A stretch of 61,451 nucleotides of DNA, filler included, from Dugesia japonica (GCA_001938525.1; 5 parts of 5 records of this genome joined end to end with filler, not necessarily neighbours in it), one strand, 5' to 3'. Numbered from the whole stretch's first letter, positions 13,345 through 25,877 are shown. Notes: generated by a model not told the origin, from the letters alone. Translations and numbers: made by a program.

Positions 13345-13477
13345 CATTTCGACAATTGTCGCTATATTTATACGATAAAGATACGCATATTAAAACTGCA
13401 AAAGAATTTTGTACTGCTTGAGCCATAGATTCCATCACGTTTTCATGATCTGTTATATTGTATCTGTCAATCCAAAT
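13345..13477 (-). CDS. internal exon of a TIR-domain (TIR_2-type) protein
   Basis: tttcag|exon|gtaagc, 133 nt, open: IWIDRYNITDHENVMESMAQAVQNSFAVLICVSLSYKYSDNCRN. Matches the invertebrate TIR_2 pattern VWID...AMAxAVExS..VLIC.S..Y..S.NCR.E. Confidence 0.85.
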
Positions 13478-13805
13478 CTGAAACAATTAAGTATTAAATT
13501 GTTTTAATCAAATTAACTAGTAGTAAATAGTTTGTTCCAACAAATAATTTGCATACTACGCCTAATTTGATGTAAATAAAAAAATAAAATAATCGATTTT
13601 TTACATTAAACTGCAAAATTTACGCAATTAAAAATTAAAAAATAATCTTTAAGGTCAACTTAAGTGTGAAAATTCACACTTAAGGTGACAAAGTTCATTG
13701 TTTACATCAATGTGTCAAAATTGACAGTTATTGTTGTTTACATTATGAGGTGTGAACTGACATGTTAATCATCTGAGCCAGACAGGTCACTTCCACCTAC
13801 TATTG

Positions 13806-13880
13806 CAGTGGTGCACAACATACGGCCTATGAGCCGGATGCGACCGGCAACTATGTGACATGCAGACCGCGACCCAAGTT
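13806..13880 (+). mobile_element. hAT element terminus (single end)
   Basis: CAGTGGTGCACAACATACGGCCTATGAGCCGGATGCGACCGGC, a typical hAT-Charlie end. Confidence 0.6.
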
Positions 13881-14962
13881 CATGAAAAATACAAACTGTA
13901 TTTTCTTATAAAAATATAATTCTAAGCAACCAATATTTTACGAATTCATAACGATCTCCTCTAAAATACTAGCTACAAAATGAAAATTTAACAGTGCTAT
14001 ATATATTTTTAAAATTATATAGTATAGTATCTATGTCATCAAAAAAGATTAATAGTTGAATAACTTGAATAACAAATCTAATCTCTGTTTGAAGGCTTTG
14101 CTTTCTTTCTGTTTGAAATGTTACTTAGTTTTTGTTTAGATGGTAGTCTTGAAATAGGTAATATTTTGTCCCCTATTCTGGCGATAATTTTAATCATTAT
14201 CATTTTACTAGTAAATATATATAACTTGCTTTTTCAAATGTAATATAAATAAGTAAATAAGGTTTAAACTTCCAGTTGTCTTCTATAACTTGAGGGGATA
14301 CTATCTCTATTTAAATATGGAATTAGTAAAATTTTAGATTGGAATATTTCTTTTTTTCCAATTATTAGTGAAAAATTATTTAGTTTAACTGCACATATAA
14401 ATGATACAACTGTGAAGTTTATAGATAATTACCAATTCATTAATTCTTCCTTGGACAATGGTGTTAGAACAATTAATTCAACTCCATTAACATCAAATGA
14501 ATTTAAGGATTGTAGACTAAATAAGATTAAGGGGATTTATCCTTATAATTTTGTGCCTAGTTTAGGGTTTTATAGGAAACATAAATAATATCACCAATTT
14601 TGAATAGAGTTAGTGAAGAAAATTACTTGAAAGCTATTGAGATTTGGGAATTTTGTATTTGTAAGAATCTTTTGGACTATATGATGGTCTATTTGAAACT
14701 TGATCTTTTCCTTTTAGTGTTTAGAACATAATAGTTTAGAACCACTTAATTTCTTTGGTATTCCTGGAATAAATTGGTCTTCTTCCTTGAGAACTTTAAA
14801 TTAACCTAAAATTACTTTTAACTGACAATGATATGTACACTTTCTTTGAAGGTGGTATCATAGGAAGTATAACATTTGTAAATAGGCACCATAAAGTTTC
14901 TGATGAGAATACTGAACTTATATACATTGACATAGAAAATTTGTATGGTTGGGCTTTAAGTT

Positions 14963-15818
14963 GGAGATAAAACTGATACAACAAAAATTGAAGCGATAAA
15001 AAATTTTGGAAGACCTAAATGTGTGAAGAACTTGAGAAGCTTTTTGGAAATACTATAGACGGTTTTTCAATAATTACTCAAAGAAAGCTAGAAGCGTGAA
15101 AGATCTATGTGGAAGTAATAATTAAAAAATTGTATGGTCTAAAAATTTTGATAAAGCTTTTAATGAGATGAAAGATGAAAAGAAACAAAAGTATTAATAT
15201 TGAGATTTCCATATATCAAAAAGATGTTTGTACTAGATACAGATGTGAGCTTTGATGCAATTGGAGCGGTTTTATTGCAAATAGATAAAAAAAATGTGCC
15301 AAATGAACAAAGTAACAACAGTTAGAACATAGGAGGAAACTATAAAATTAATGGCTAATGAACCATTTAAGAATATTTATATTGATATCTGTAGGCCATT
15401 CCAAGAAACCTTAAGAAGAAAAAGATATATATGTGCCATAATACATAAATCTAGAAGATACCTATGCTTAACAGCCCTAGTTAAACAAGATGAGAAATCA
15501 AAAAAGAAAATGATTATGGATAAATGGATACTGAGATTTAGCGCTCGAAAGTTGATACATGTAGATTGTGGGAAGATCTTTGAATTGAAAGCCTTCAAAG
15601 AAATGATAGATTCAATATATATAACAATGTGCTTTTCAAATCCATATCATCATAATACAAACGGGATAGTAGAGCGGCAATTCAGAACGATTAGAGATTA
15701 TATCAGTACTACATTAAAAGATAAAAAGAATAAAAACTGGCATAGTTTATACCAGAAATTAAATATACACTAAATGCAACAAGCCAGAAAACTCTGGGAG
15801 TAAGTCTAGCAGAAGTGA
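14963..15818 (+). mobile_element. internally deleted Ty3/Gypsy pol fragment
   Basis: IKTDTTKIEAIKNFGRPKCVKNLRSF (RT end), FVLDTDVSFDAIGAVLLQ (RNase H start), then integrase IYIDICRPF...IHVDCG...PYHHNTNGIVERQFRTI. Confidence 0.9.
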
Positions 15819-15819
15819 T

Positions 15820-16300
15820 AGTAGTGAGATATGTCCGCACTGCCGCACCCCCTCCCCCCTCCCCCCCCAGCCAGAAAATTTTTTTCGTCAAATTCTTTTG
15901 CGACAAAAACTTTTTAAGAAAATTTTTTTTCTTCAAAATTTTAAAATATTTTTAAAAGTAACTCAAGATCAATGTATGTATGATATCGATGTTTTGAAAA
16001 GTGGAAAAGTTGCGCGCAAGTATGCGTCGCAATGTTCTGTAATTACCTTTTGAAAAATATGATCGGATCAATAAAATATTTGAATTTAAATTTTAAATTC
16101 TTTTTTTAAGATATGGACTTGAAACTATTACCAATCATCTTAAAATTAAAAGTTACCTATACATTGCCTAAGGTACTATGCTTGAAAAATGCTTTGTTTC
16201 GACTCCACATATGTGTTCATACTACTGCACCCCCCCTCCAACCCCTAGCCAGAAAAAATTTTTTCGTCAAATTTTTTTCCGAAAAAAACTTTTTCTCAAA
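15820..16300 (+). mobile_element. putative Polinton-like terminal fragment with two internal direct repeats
   Basis: Starts AGTAGTGAG exactly where the Gypsy integrase stops. Two copies of GCACCCCC...AGCCAGAAAATTTTTTTCGTCAAATT (~15845, ~16227) share the TTCGTCAAA motif with 12526-12655. Confidence 0.4.
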
Positions 16301-16525
16301 AAATTTTCAAAAAAATATTAAATCAGAAACTATAAAAACCGCAAGAACAAAAAATTTGAACCACAAAAAATTGAAGAACAAAATATTTGAACCGCAAAAA
16401 ATTAATGAACCTATTAAACCTATTAAACTTATTACCTTTTAATACTTAAAATACTTAAAATGTACTTTTTAAAAAATATTTATAAGTTTTTATATAGAGT
16501 TTTGTATGGATGTTTATTTTTTCTT

Positions 16526-16662
16526 AGTTAAAAGCCTTGAAATTTCCATAATTATTTATTAAAACAAAAACTATTTATTACTAATGAATTATTTAAACAA
16601 ATAATATCATTTAATATTAACAAATTTTAATTTTAATATCACTTTATAAATTATATATAACT
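16526..16662 (-). repeat. 3' LTR (AGTTA...TAACT)
   Basis: Direct repeat of 20933-21069. Preceded on the minus strand by polypurine tract AAAGAGAGAGAG (16664-16675). Confidence 0.9.
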
Positions 16663-19600
16663 GCTCTCTCTCTTTAATTTTGATTTTAAATTTTCTTTAG
16701 ACATTCAAGTCTTCTCGGTTTAAGCTGATCTACATAACCTATAAGCACCTGATGTTGGCTTATAAATTTACTAATTTTGTAAGGACCCTCATACCTGAAA
16801 CCTTCTTTCTTTAACTTGTGTAGTTCTACTTTCACTAATACTTTTTTCCCTTCTTCAAAATGTCTGGACGTTCGTTTTTCACATTCGTATTTACTTAAGC
16901 TTTGAGCTGCTTTCTGTAAATTTTCCTCTGCCAGTTATTTTATTTCTTCGTGTTTTGGATTTCCTTCTTGTGGTAATCCGTGTAAGACTATCCTTTTTCT
17001 AAAGATAATTTCAAAAGGAGATGGACCTGTCAATTTTTGTTGTTTTTTTGTTGCATTTATTACAAACTGAATTCGTGGAAGTAATTTATTCCAACCTTAT
17101 TCTGTGCAGCTTTTCTTTATCGTAGTTACATTTATATCTTGAAGTGTTCTAATATTTCTTTTTGCTAAACCATTTGATTGATGTTGATATGGGGACGAAA
17201 ATTCTTGTTGAATCTCAAACTTCTCTGCAAGTGACCGCATTAACTTTCCTTTAAATATTTTTGCTCTGTTGGCCAAAAACGTTTTGACTTACCAAAACGA
17301 TATATCCAATTTTCCTTTATTGCCTCAACTATCGAAGTTTTATTATGTTTACTTATTGCAACGAATTACACTAACTTACTATACCTGTCAACCATGACGA
17401 GAAAATATTTCTTTTTGGTTTTCACTTCTGGAAAGTAAGCGATATTCATGATAACCTGTTCTAATAGTCCAAATTCTGTTCTTAGAATAAGAAATTCCTT
17501 TGTTTGCCCAGTATATGTTTTACGCATGTTACATATCCTACATTTCTTTAGTTGATGTTCTACATTTCTTTGCATATTTGGCCAAAAATAACTTACACTC
17601 AAATACTCCGTCAGTCTTTGGCCTCATACAAGAGATAATTCATCTTGTTTAAAATCTATAAGGTCAGGTATCGGTTTTCCTGTCAGTACAATTTTTTTAT
17701 TGTCTACTTCATTGATAATCAGTATTTCATTATCCAACTCAAACATTTCCAGTTTGGAAAAATATTTACTTTTGGTCACCGTTAGAGCTGAGCTTATTAT
17801 TTATCATTCCACTTAAAATATATTCAACGATTTCTCTCTTTATTGGTTCATTTTTCTGTATTTCTTTAATATGGGTTCTATAAAAGTTTGTTTTATCTAA
17901 AGTGTTGATACTTTTAACTCGAGACAGTTTCCTTTTAGCTTCTTGATGTCTGACATTTTAAACAAAGACTCTCTCCTTTCCTTGAAATTCCATCAGCATT
18001 TTCATAAGATGCTTCTTTTTGGAATTCTAATTCAAAATTAAATTCTGTTAGATTTTTTATCCATGTTTGAAACTGAGAACTAATGGGCTTACTAGTCTTC
18101 GTCATAAAAGTCAATGCTTTTTGATTCGTTCTTGCTCTAAATTTGTTGCCATACAAATACTGTTTAAAATACATCATAAACTAATGCAGAGCTAACAATT
18201 CATTGCGAGTAACACAATATCCTTTTTCGTGATAATTTAAAGTTCGAGAACTATATGCTATGACATGTTCCAATACATTTCCCGTTATTTGACTCCAAAC
18301 CACTCAAATTACTCCAAAAATCGCATCAGTATCCAATATCATTTTGTCCCTATTATTTGGAAAGTCAAAATCGGAGCACTACGCAATTTTATCTTCAAAG
18401 ATTGAAAACTATCCACACATTCTTTTGTCCATTCAATGTTCTTTTCAAATCCTGTTGTCGCTGCATACAATGGTGCTGCAAGTAAAGCATAATCTTTTAT
18501 AAAACGTCTGTAATAATTTGTTAATTCTAAGAACGCTGGTATTTGCGTGACACATTTTGGCATTACGGCTTCCCCAACTTTTTTGATGAGTTCATCATTT
18601 GTCTGTACACCTTTAACGCTAATTGTATGTCTTAAAAAATTCAATTTCTGGAAATTGAACACACATTTACTTGGATTTACTTTTAAACCCGCATATTTTA
18701 GTAGCTGAAAAATCTTACCAACTTGTTTGTCGTGCTCCTCTTTAGTTTTACCATATACAAAATATCATCTAGATATACTAATACTCCTTTGTACAACGTT
18801 CCTTCAAATATTTCATGCATCAAGCTTTGAAATTGTGCTGATGCAGTACATAATCGAAAGGACATTCGATTAAAACAAAATTGAACTATCTTTGTACTAA
18901 AGGCCGTCTTTAGTTTTGATTCTTCGCTTAGTTTAATTTGATAATATGATTGCCTCAAATCTAAAGAAGAAAATAAGACTCATTCTTCAAGCGTATCTAA
19001 TAATAGTTGAATACCTGAAAGTGGAAACAAATACTTTTCTGTAATTGAATTTAATTTTTTAAAATCAAGACACATTCTTATCGTTCCATCTTTCTTTGGT
19101 ACAGTTACCAATGGGGAATTTTATGGACTTCTGCAACTTCTTATAAGATATGATTTTCTAAGATTTTCTAACAATTCATCTATTTTATTTTCCAAGTGCA
19201 TTGGCTGTCGTCTCGGGTTTCTCATTATTGGAGGTCCTGTTGTTTCGTTATGAGGTTGTATCAGTTTGGTATATCTAAGATCAAATATTGATGACATAAA
19301 TATATCTTTTTAAGTTTCTATCATTGCTTTTACTTCTTGACTGACATTATTTGAAGTATTTAAGTCATTTTTTACTTTTTCTGTATTATCGGTAAATAGA
19401 TTTCCATCATTTGAGTTAATAAAATCAACTTCAGTGATTTTCATCTTATCAATACTTCCAATAAAATTTGGACAAATATTTTTAACAATTACTACTTCTT
19501 TCTCTTTTAGCTTCCCATTTCATTGTAATTTTAGTTTAGTTTTCCCGATACATTTTTCTCTTTTTTTAGAAAACACTCTTGCTAGAACAATTTGTGACGA

Positions 19601-20932
19601 CAATATATCATTGGATCTAATTCTTCTCTACACATCCACACTCATGACTCATATTGCTGCTCCTGAATCCCACAACATCTCAATATCATATCCATCGCAA
19701 CGCATTAAACTTCATTCTCTTCCATGTCTCTTCTGAAACATCTTATCATCGATCATCAATTTTTCATCTCGAAGTATTTTCTCTGTGATTGCAACCTCAC
19801 TGAGGAGATGGATGCAGTGGGTTGCTGATTGTTTTTTTTATCATCATCGTCTAAAGAAACATCGTGTATATACTCAATTTATTCAACACAGTAAGATACC
19901 ATATCATCTTCTTCTGCAATGCATAATATCTTCGGAAATGTAGAATTTCTTAATCGAATTAATGGACAATCTGAAAAATCATGACCTTCTTTTCACATAT
20001 TAAACATTTGTCTTTTAATGGACAATTCATTCAGCTATTTTTTGTATCTCTACAGCAGAAACATGCTTCTGGTGCTAAAACGTTTTCGCGCGGAGGATTC
20101 TTTTCTTTGGCTTTACAATAAAGCTTATTGACTATACACTTCATCAAGAATGCAGGAAAACTATTGTTTCGAGCCCATCTTTGAGGCTAAATTTTATTTG
20201 CACAATACTGATTCTCTTTGAAAACAATTGGTCGACTTCTTGTACTTTGATCGTTTTGAGTATTCATTCGTGGATAATTTTTTGAAAATTTTGACTGATA
20301 CTCATCTTTCTTTACTGTATCTGCATAGTTGTATTTTTTACCATTATTAACAGAATATGCCGGTATCAATTTATCCAAATTTTTAGCTAATTCTCGTCTT
20401 TGAATATCAGTAAGTTCTGGTTGAAGAACAAAAGATTCTTTCAATTTTTCGCTTCTTACACCAATAATTACAAATATTGTTGCAATTTCATCTGGAGTTT
20501 TTTGACTAGCAAAAACTTCATTTACTATTTTTCTTACTCTTAACTCAAAATTGCTATATTTTTCAGTTGGGTTTTGTCTTCGACAAAATTGTTATTTTAT
20601 CTACTAGTGTCTCTGAAATTACAAATGATTCACGAAATCATTTTTTGCAGACCTCGTTCGTCAAAATTACATCTTTTTTGCATTTTTTCACACATAATTC
20701 TTTTGCATCTCTTCTCATTAACATATCAAACGCGAATGATAGCTCCATTTGATTAAACGCAGGAAATTTTTTGGTCGTTTGAATACATTCATCAGCCACT
20801 TCAGATGAACCCACGATAAAACTTGGTTTTGGGATAAGTAATTCTTGTGTTGAAGATGGCAGCTTTGCAAAAAATTCTTGCACGATCATCTTTTTCATTT
20901 TTCGTCAGTACGTTTATTTTGGCATGGTCGTC

Positions 20933-21069
20933 AGTTATAAGACTTGAACTTTCCATAATTATTTATTAAAACATAAATTATTTATTAATAATTAATTATT
21001 TAAACGAATAAAATAATTTAATATTAACAAATTTAAGTCTTAATATCATTTTATAAATGATATTTAACT
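20933..21069 (-). repeat. 5' LTR (AGTTA...TAACT)
   Basis: Direct repeat of 16526-16662, followed on the minus strand by a PBS-like sequence. Confidence 0.9.
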
Positions 21070-22429
21070 TTCTTAAAAATTTTTAAATAGTCTTGTAAGG
21101 AATATAAGAGATTTTATTGGTTTCATACAGTTTCTATGAAGATTTATTTATTTTTATAAAGTATTTATACCTTAATCTTAAGTTAAATAGAGTTTTTATG
21201 CGTTTATATAATCTAATAAACCTGATAAACTTCAAACACGAGAAACTTATGTACATAATAAATCAATACAAAGATTTGCTATAAATATTTTATCATGTAA
21301 ATATCATGAAAATATTCATGGAATCCCCTCTATGGTTATTTTATTTATTATATTTTATAATAACCACATACAGAGACTCCATTCTTTGAATATTTTATCA
21401 TGTCATTACTTATTTATTATCCATGTAATTATTTGGTCATTTTAAATATATTTATTTATATATTTTATAAAAATATACTTTGAATACTTTTGTTTAAAGA
21501 AATGTTTCAAGTTTTATGAATTAGTTTTGTAAAAAGTTCCATACTTTATGAATTATTTTTAAAGTTTTCCACACTATATGAACTCAAATTTAAATGTAGA
21601 AACTTTAAATTTCGTTCTATTTTTAAAATATGTTTAAAAGTAATAAATAAAAAATTTAAATTACTAATAGTCTTGTGCGATCTTCCTTTTATTTAATATT
21701 TACTTTTATAGCTTTTATTAAAACATCCCGTTTCAGATACAACTATCATTTGCATTATTGATTAATCACTAACTGATACAAATCATTATAATCAGTTTTG
21801 ACGTTCGCATTAGGCGATACTTCAATAAAAAAAGCAATAAAATTATTAAATCATTTTTTAAAAATTTTATTACTATAATATTTATTTTTAATAATCTTTT
21901 TTAAAGTTATAGTAAGTATTTCGAATATTCGAATAATCGAATATTTTTAAAATTTTTGTATTCGTTATTCGAATAGTTGAAAACCTTGAATATTTGGAAT
22001 GTCTAATGCGACTTCATGTGCCTAAAAAAGTCATTCACTGAAATAATAAAGAAACAAAACAATTGTTATATTGTTGAATAAAAATTGTTTTTCCAACTTT
22101 ATTCCCTTTTTATTATTATTATTATAATTATTATTTTATTAATTTATTTACAGTAATACTTTGACACATGCTTGTACTCTGTACTCTTAGTACACTATAA
22201 TTATTTATTTTTTTCTGATGTCCCATACGTTGTCTCCTTATTTTAAAGAATCAGCTAATGACGTCATTATTTAATACTTGAATTTTTTGTTGTTTTATAT
22301 TACTAAACAAAAACAAAAATTTTGACCAAAATTTAAACCCCCTTTCATATTTTCCTGGCAACGCTACGGACTAGTGATTTCTTTTAATAGTTTTTATATT
22401 AGTTTAATTAATAAAATATCGATTTTAAT

Positions 22430-22760
22430 AAATCACTTGATGGAAATTTCATTGAAATATTTACAAGAAAACTCTTACCCTAAAACCTTTATCAATTAGT
22501 GTATCACAGATCTTCATAACGATTTCAGAATTCGACCAATTATAACTAATCATGATATGCTTTTCTTCTGCTGATTCTTGATTTTTTGTTTTCTTCATAT
22601 CTTCTAATACTTTTTTCTCGTCGCATTCTGAAAATATAAATTAACAAATGAATTGATAAGAACTGACAAATATTCTCAGAAACACCAGAAAATAGAAATT
22701 CAAAAATCATAATTGAAAAACAAAACATTAAAAATCAAAGTTAAATAAAGATATTACCTA
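22430..22760 (+). mobile_element. Penelope-like element fragment (post-RT region), highly degraded
   Basis: YLQENSYPKTFIN resembles the PLE LxxNGYPxxFI motif. Confidence 0.4.
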
Positions 22761-22981
22761 AAAGTTAAATTTGCTATACGTAGATGAATCTACATATTTT
22801 TATAAATATTTACTGTATAAATCAAAGATCTCAAACTCAAACGATCTATTGGGCTGCTTTTGCTAAAATGTGCTAGTCAATGAGACGCATTAATGCTGTA
22901 ATTGTGTAGTTGTAAAATGTAAACTTAAATACTTTATAACATCATATATTATACTAATATTAATTCAACATAAAGTAATTT

Positions 22982-23231
22982 TATTTAAAAAACAAGCTTC
23001 GATCAAAATGTTTTGTTTTTATTGATATTTGATAACAATTTGATATTTCGACCTTGTCTTCTTCAGTCAAAAGTCAATTCCTAACAAAGACTAGGTCGAA
23101 ATATTGAATTTTTATCAAATATCAATAAAAAAAACAAAAAATTTTGATCGAAACTTGTATTTTAAATGAATTCTATAAAACTATCAATGGTTATGCCCAA
23201 CAATTATTCTCGCAATAATAACAATTGTAAA
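22982..23231. mobile_element. short fold-back element with hammerhead motifs in both arms (PLE-derived, non-autonomous)
   Basis: Inverted arms 22982-23066 / 23072-23170, a ~60-bp asymmetric tail, and a 12-bp TSD ATAAAGTAATTT (22970-22981 / 23232-23243). Confidence 0.8.
23036..23068 (-). ncRNA. minimal type I hammerhead ribozyme core
   Basis: Minus strand: CUGAAGA-A-GAC(AAG)GUC-GAAA-UA-UC. The 5' strand of stem I is disrupted at the palindrome centre. Confidence 0.6.
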
Positions 23232-23839
23232 ATAAAGTAATTTGCTCTTAAATTATCTATCTTTAGTATATTTAGTAATTAATGAAAATAATTGAAATAA
23301 TATTCTTTAATCAACAACTAACGCATTTTTTCTGCTAAAGCTGCCAATGTTTGTTCATTAAATTGCTACTAATTCAAACGTTCGTCACTCTACTTACTCA
23401 GCTGACAGCATTGTACCGAACTTTTTTATTTGGGATTTATCTTACGTGATGCAACTAGTCATGAGGTGACACTCATATGTTCTTTGGTGAGTTGCGATCG
23501 CAGAATAGATTTCTTAATCTGCATTGATGAGAATAATTATTAGCCGATATATATACTGCTGAATTTGAGTGGATATCTTTCATAGTGCCCATCTAAATAA
23601 CTTATCCATATTTACTCGTCCATTCATGATTAATCAACCCAATATTCTATTTAGTTTTTGTCATGATACAGACGAAATTATGTCTCAAAGGTGTAAATTT
23701 AATTAAAGTTTAGCAAATTAAAGACTTAATTTATATTTAAACAAGATAGTCAATTACCTAAAATCATCAGACTTAATAATTAAAATTGATAAGATCTGTT
23801 TATTTGTAAACGATTCTAAAGAAAGTATTGACTTGAGAA

Positions 23840-25000
23840 TTACCAACGATGAAAAAAATAATTTGCTTGATCGATATCAAATATTCATTAGATTTAGAAA
23901 AGAACTTTCCATTGACTAATGAAATAAACTTGGTTAAATATGAGAATTATAAAAGTAAATTTCAAGAAGCAAAACCAGATGATTTTGTTCAATTATTCAC
24001 ATGTATATTTGTTTATCTTGGATCAATTTCAGATGAAACAAATAGAATACTAATATCTTCCCTCGTAAAAAACGCATTTGCGCTGTATTCGAGGATTACG
24101 CCTACTGAGCGTTAAATTCGAAGAAAATGCTCAGGACGTTATATTCGAAAAAAGTAAACAAAAAAACTAAATTTAAAACTAATTTGCTAAAAATGGTTTT
24201 CTAAAGAAATTATCAATTAAGTGATTTTAAAAATTATTGGTTTATATTTTAAATTCAAATATTATAATATTTATATAATCAAAGAAAAATGACAATTCTT
24301 TAATAAAAACTTTCAAATGGTTTATTGGAGACATTGCATAATTGATTAAATTATCAGAAATTTTAATATATAATAATAATATATAATAATAATGATAATA
24401 AAAAAAAGAAGAATAGAAAAGAAACAAATACATTAATTAAACTACCATATATCAATGAAAAATGTAGTCAATTGATGCAGAATATTATTTATAAATCAAA
24501 GATTATATATTCACCTAGGATAATATTAAAAACACAAGCACCCTTAGGAATTCAACTAAAAAAAACAAGGAAAAACTCATGTGGGCCAAAATTCATATGT
24601 AATAAAAAAATGTAACTTATGAAATTACTTGTATCACATGCAACAAATCATACATAGGCAAAACCTTTAGAACAATCAGAACCAGAATCAGAGAACATAT
24701 AAAAAAGAATGAGAGTGAAGTATATAAACATTTCATACACGATCATAATATTCATGCTGACTACAATATTATAAAATGGAAAATAATAGATTCCTACTAT
24801 ATATCAACACTCCCTAGAAAAAAACACGAAGAAATTTTAATCAAAATATTTAAACCAGATATTAATATAATTTTTAATAATATTATCCAAAAAAAATGAG
24901 GATAAAAAGATTTAATTTAAAAAAATTTATATTAAACTTCAAATTGAATAAATCAATCACAATTCCTGAAAAAGATAAATTCGAAAATTTGGAAAAAATA
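23840..25000 (+). mobile_element. Penelope-like element remnant (GIY-YIG endonuclease and 3' pLTR)
   Basis: IKLPYINE and VTYEITCITCNKSYIGKTFRTIRTRIREHIKKNESEVYKHF (GIY-YIG). Degenerate hammerhead CAATTCCTGAAAAAGATAAATTCGAAA at ~24960. Confidence 0.8.
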
Positions 25001-25329
25001 AAAAACGTTTTTTGAAAAAGTTTTTGTTATTTTAATGAAATTTTTAAAAAGAAACATTTTCTTGAAACTTTTTTGATATACGCCTAAGTTTATTTTCGTA
25101 ATTTTGAAAATATTTAATTTTTTTATATAATAATTTCTTTTTAAAAAAGGATGAAGTATTCTTTAAATATTAATTGTTTAAATTTTAATATTAATTATTA
25201 TTGTTAAATTCCCAAATTAAAATATGAATGTTAAAAGAAGGTCATATATTTTTAAATTTTAAAATACAATTAATATTGCCTCCAAATAATAAAAAAGTTG
25301 ATTTGTTATTTTACAGTAAATAAAAAAGA

Positions 25330-25870
25330 AAAGTTATATTTTCAATATATGTACAATAATATTGCAACAATAATTGATGTCATTTATGATTAATATTGAC
25401 AGCAACTCCTCTTGAAGCAGTAATCTGGTTAATGGTCCGATACATCGTGATGAAGAGAGAACTAAGTATTCTTTCTTCAGTTGACCAAAATGTTGTTTGC
25501 AGTACGGTCCACAATGAATGCAGATGGTGATTGGCTTCATTTATTCGAAAAATGAAACAAGCCGAGAATTTTTAATTCTGGAGATTAAGCTGACTGGTTC
25601 GTAAAAGTGACGTTTTTATATAAACTGTCCCCAAAATCATTAAACTTTTGTACGATGTTTTTTTCAACATATGGACAAGCATTATCCATTTGAAAAAGAA
25701 GGTTTTTGCACTAGTGAATCTTGTTTGAGATTGCAGGTATCGTTTCATTATACATCAGCTTCTAAAAGATTAAGTAAATCATTGTGCAATCAACTTTGTA
25801 AACATCAACTTTTGTGTAGTTTTTTGAAGATCACTGGGCTACGTGGTCTTCTTGAATCATCCAAATACCG
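25330..25870 (-). mobile_element. Tc1/mariner transposase C-terminal remnant, DD39D-like
   Basis: FFQMDNACPY...VTFTNQSA*SPELKILGLF resembles QQDNAxPH...QPPNSPDLNxLDLGFF. Confidence 0.6.
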
Positions 25871-25877
25871 ATTAGAC

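Larger units (their letters stand above)
16526..21069 (-). mobile_element. full-length, decayed Ty3/Gypsy LTR retrotransposon (4.5 kb)
   Basis: Two 137-bp LTRs, 5-bp TSD TTCTT (16521-16525 / 21070-21074), PBS-like TGACGACCATGCC, and PPT. Protease LWDSGAA, RT VYLDDIL, RNase H and integrase FLVMVDRYSK. Numerous stops. Confidence 0.95.

Noticed and set aside
14000-14960. Possible coding remnant (FKIGD-like motif on the minus strand)
   Set aside because: Too degraded to assign to a family with confidence.
21702-21820. Possible upstream TIR exon on the minus strand (ends at gtaaat)
   Set aside because: Stops occur in the longer frames, and there is no match to the expected TIR start (IMISY...W).
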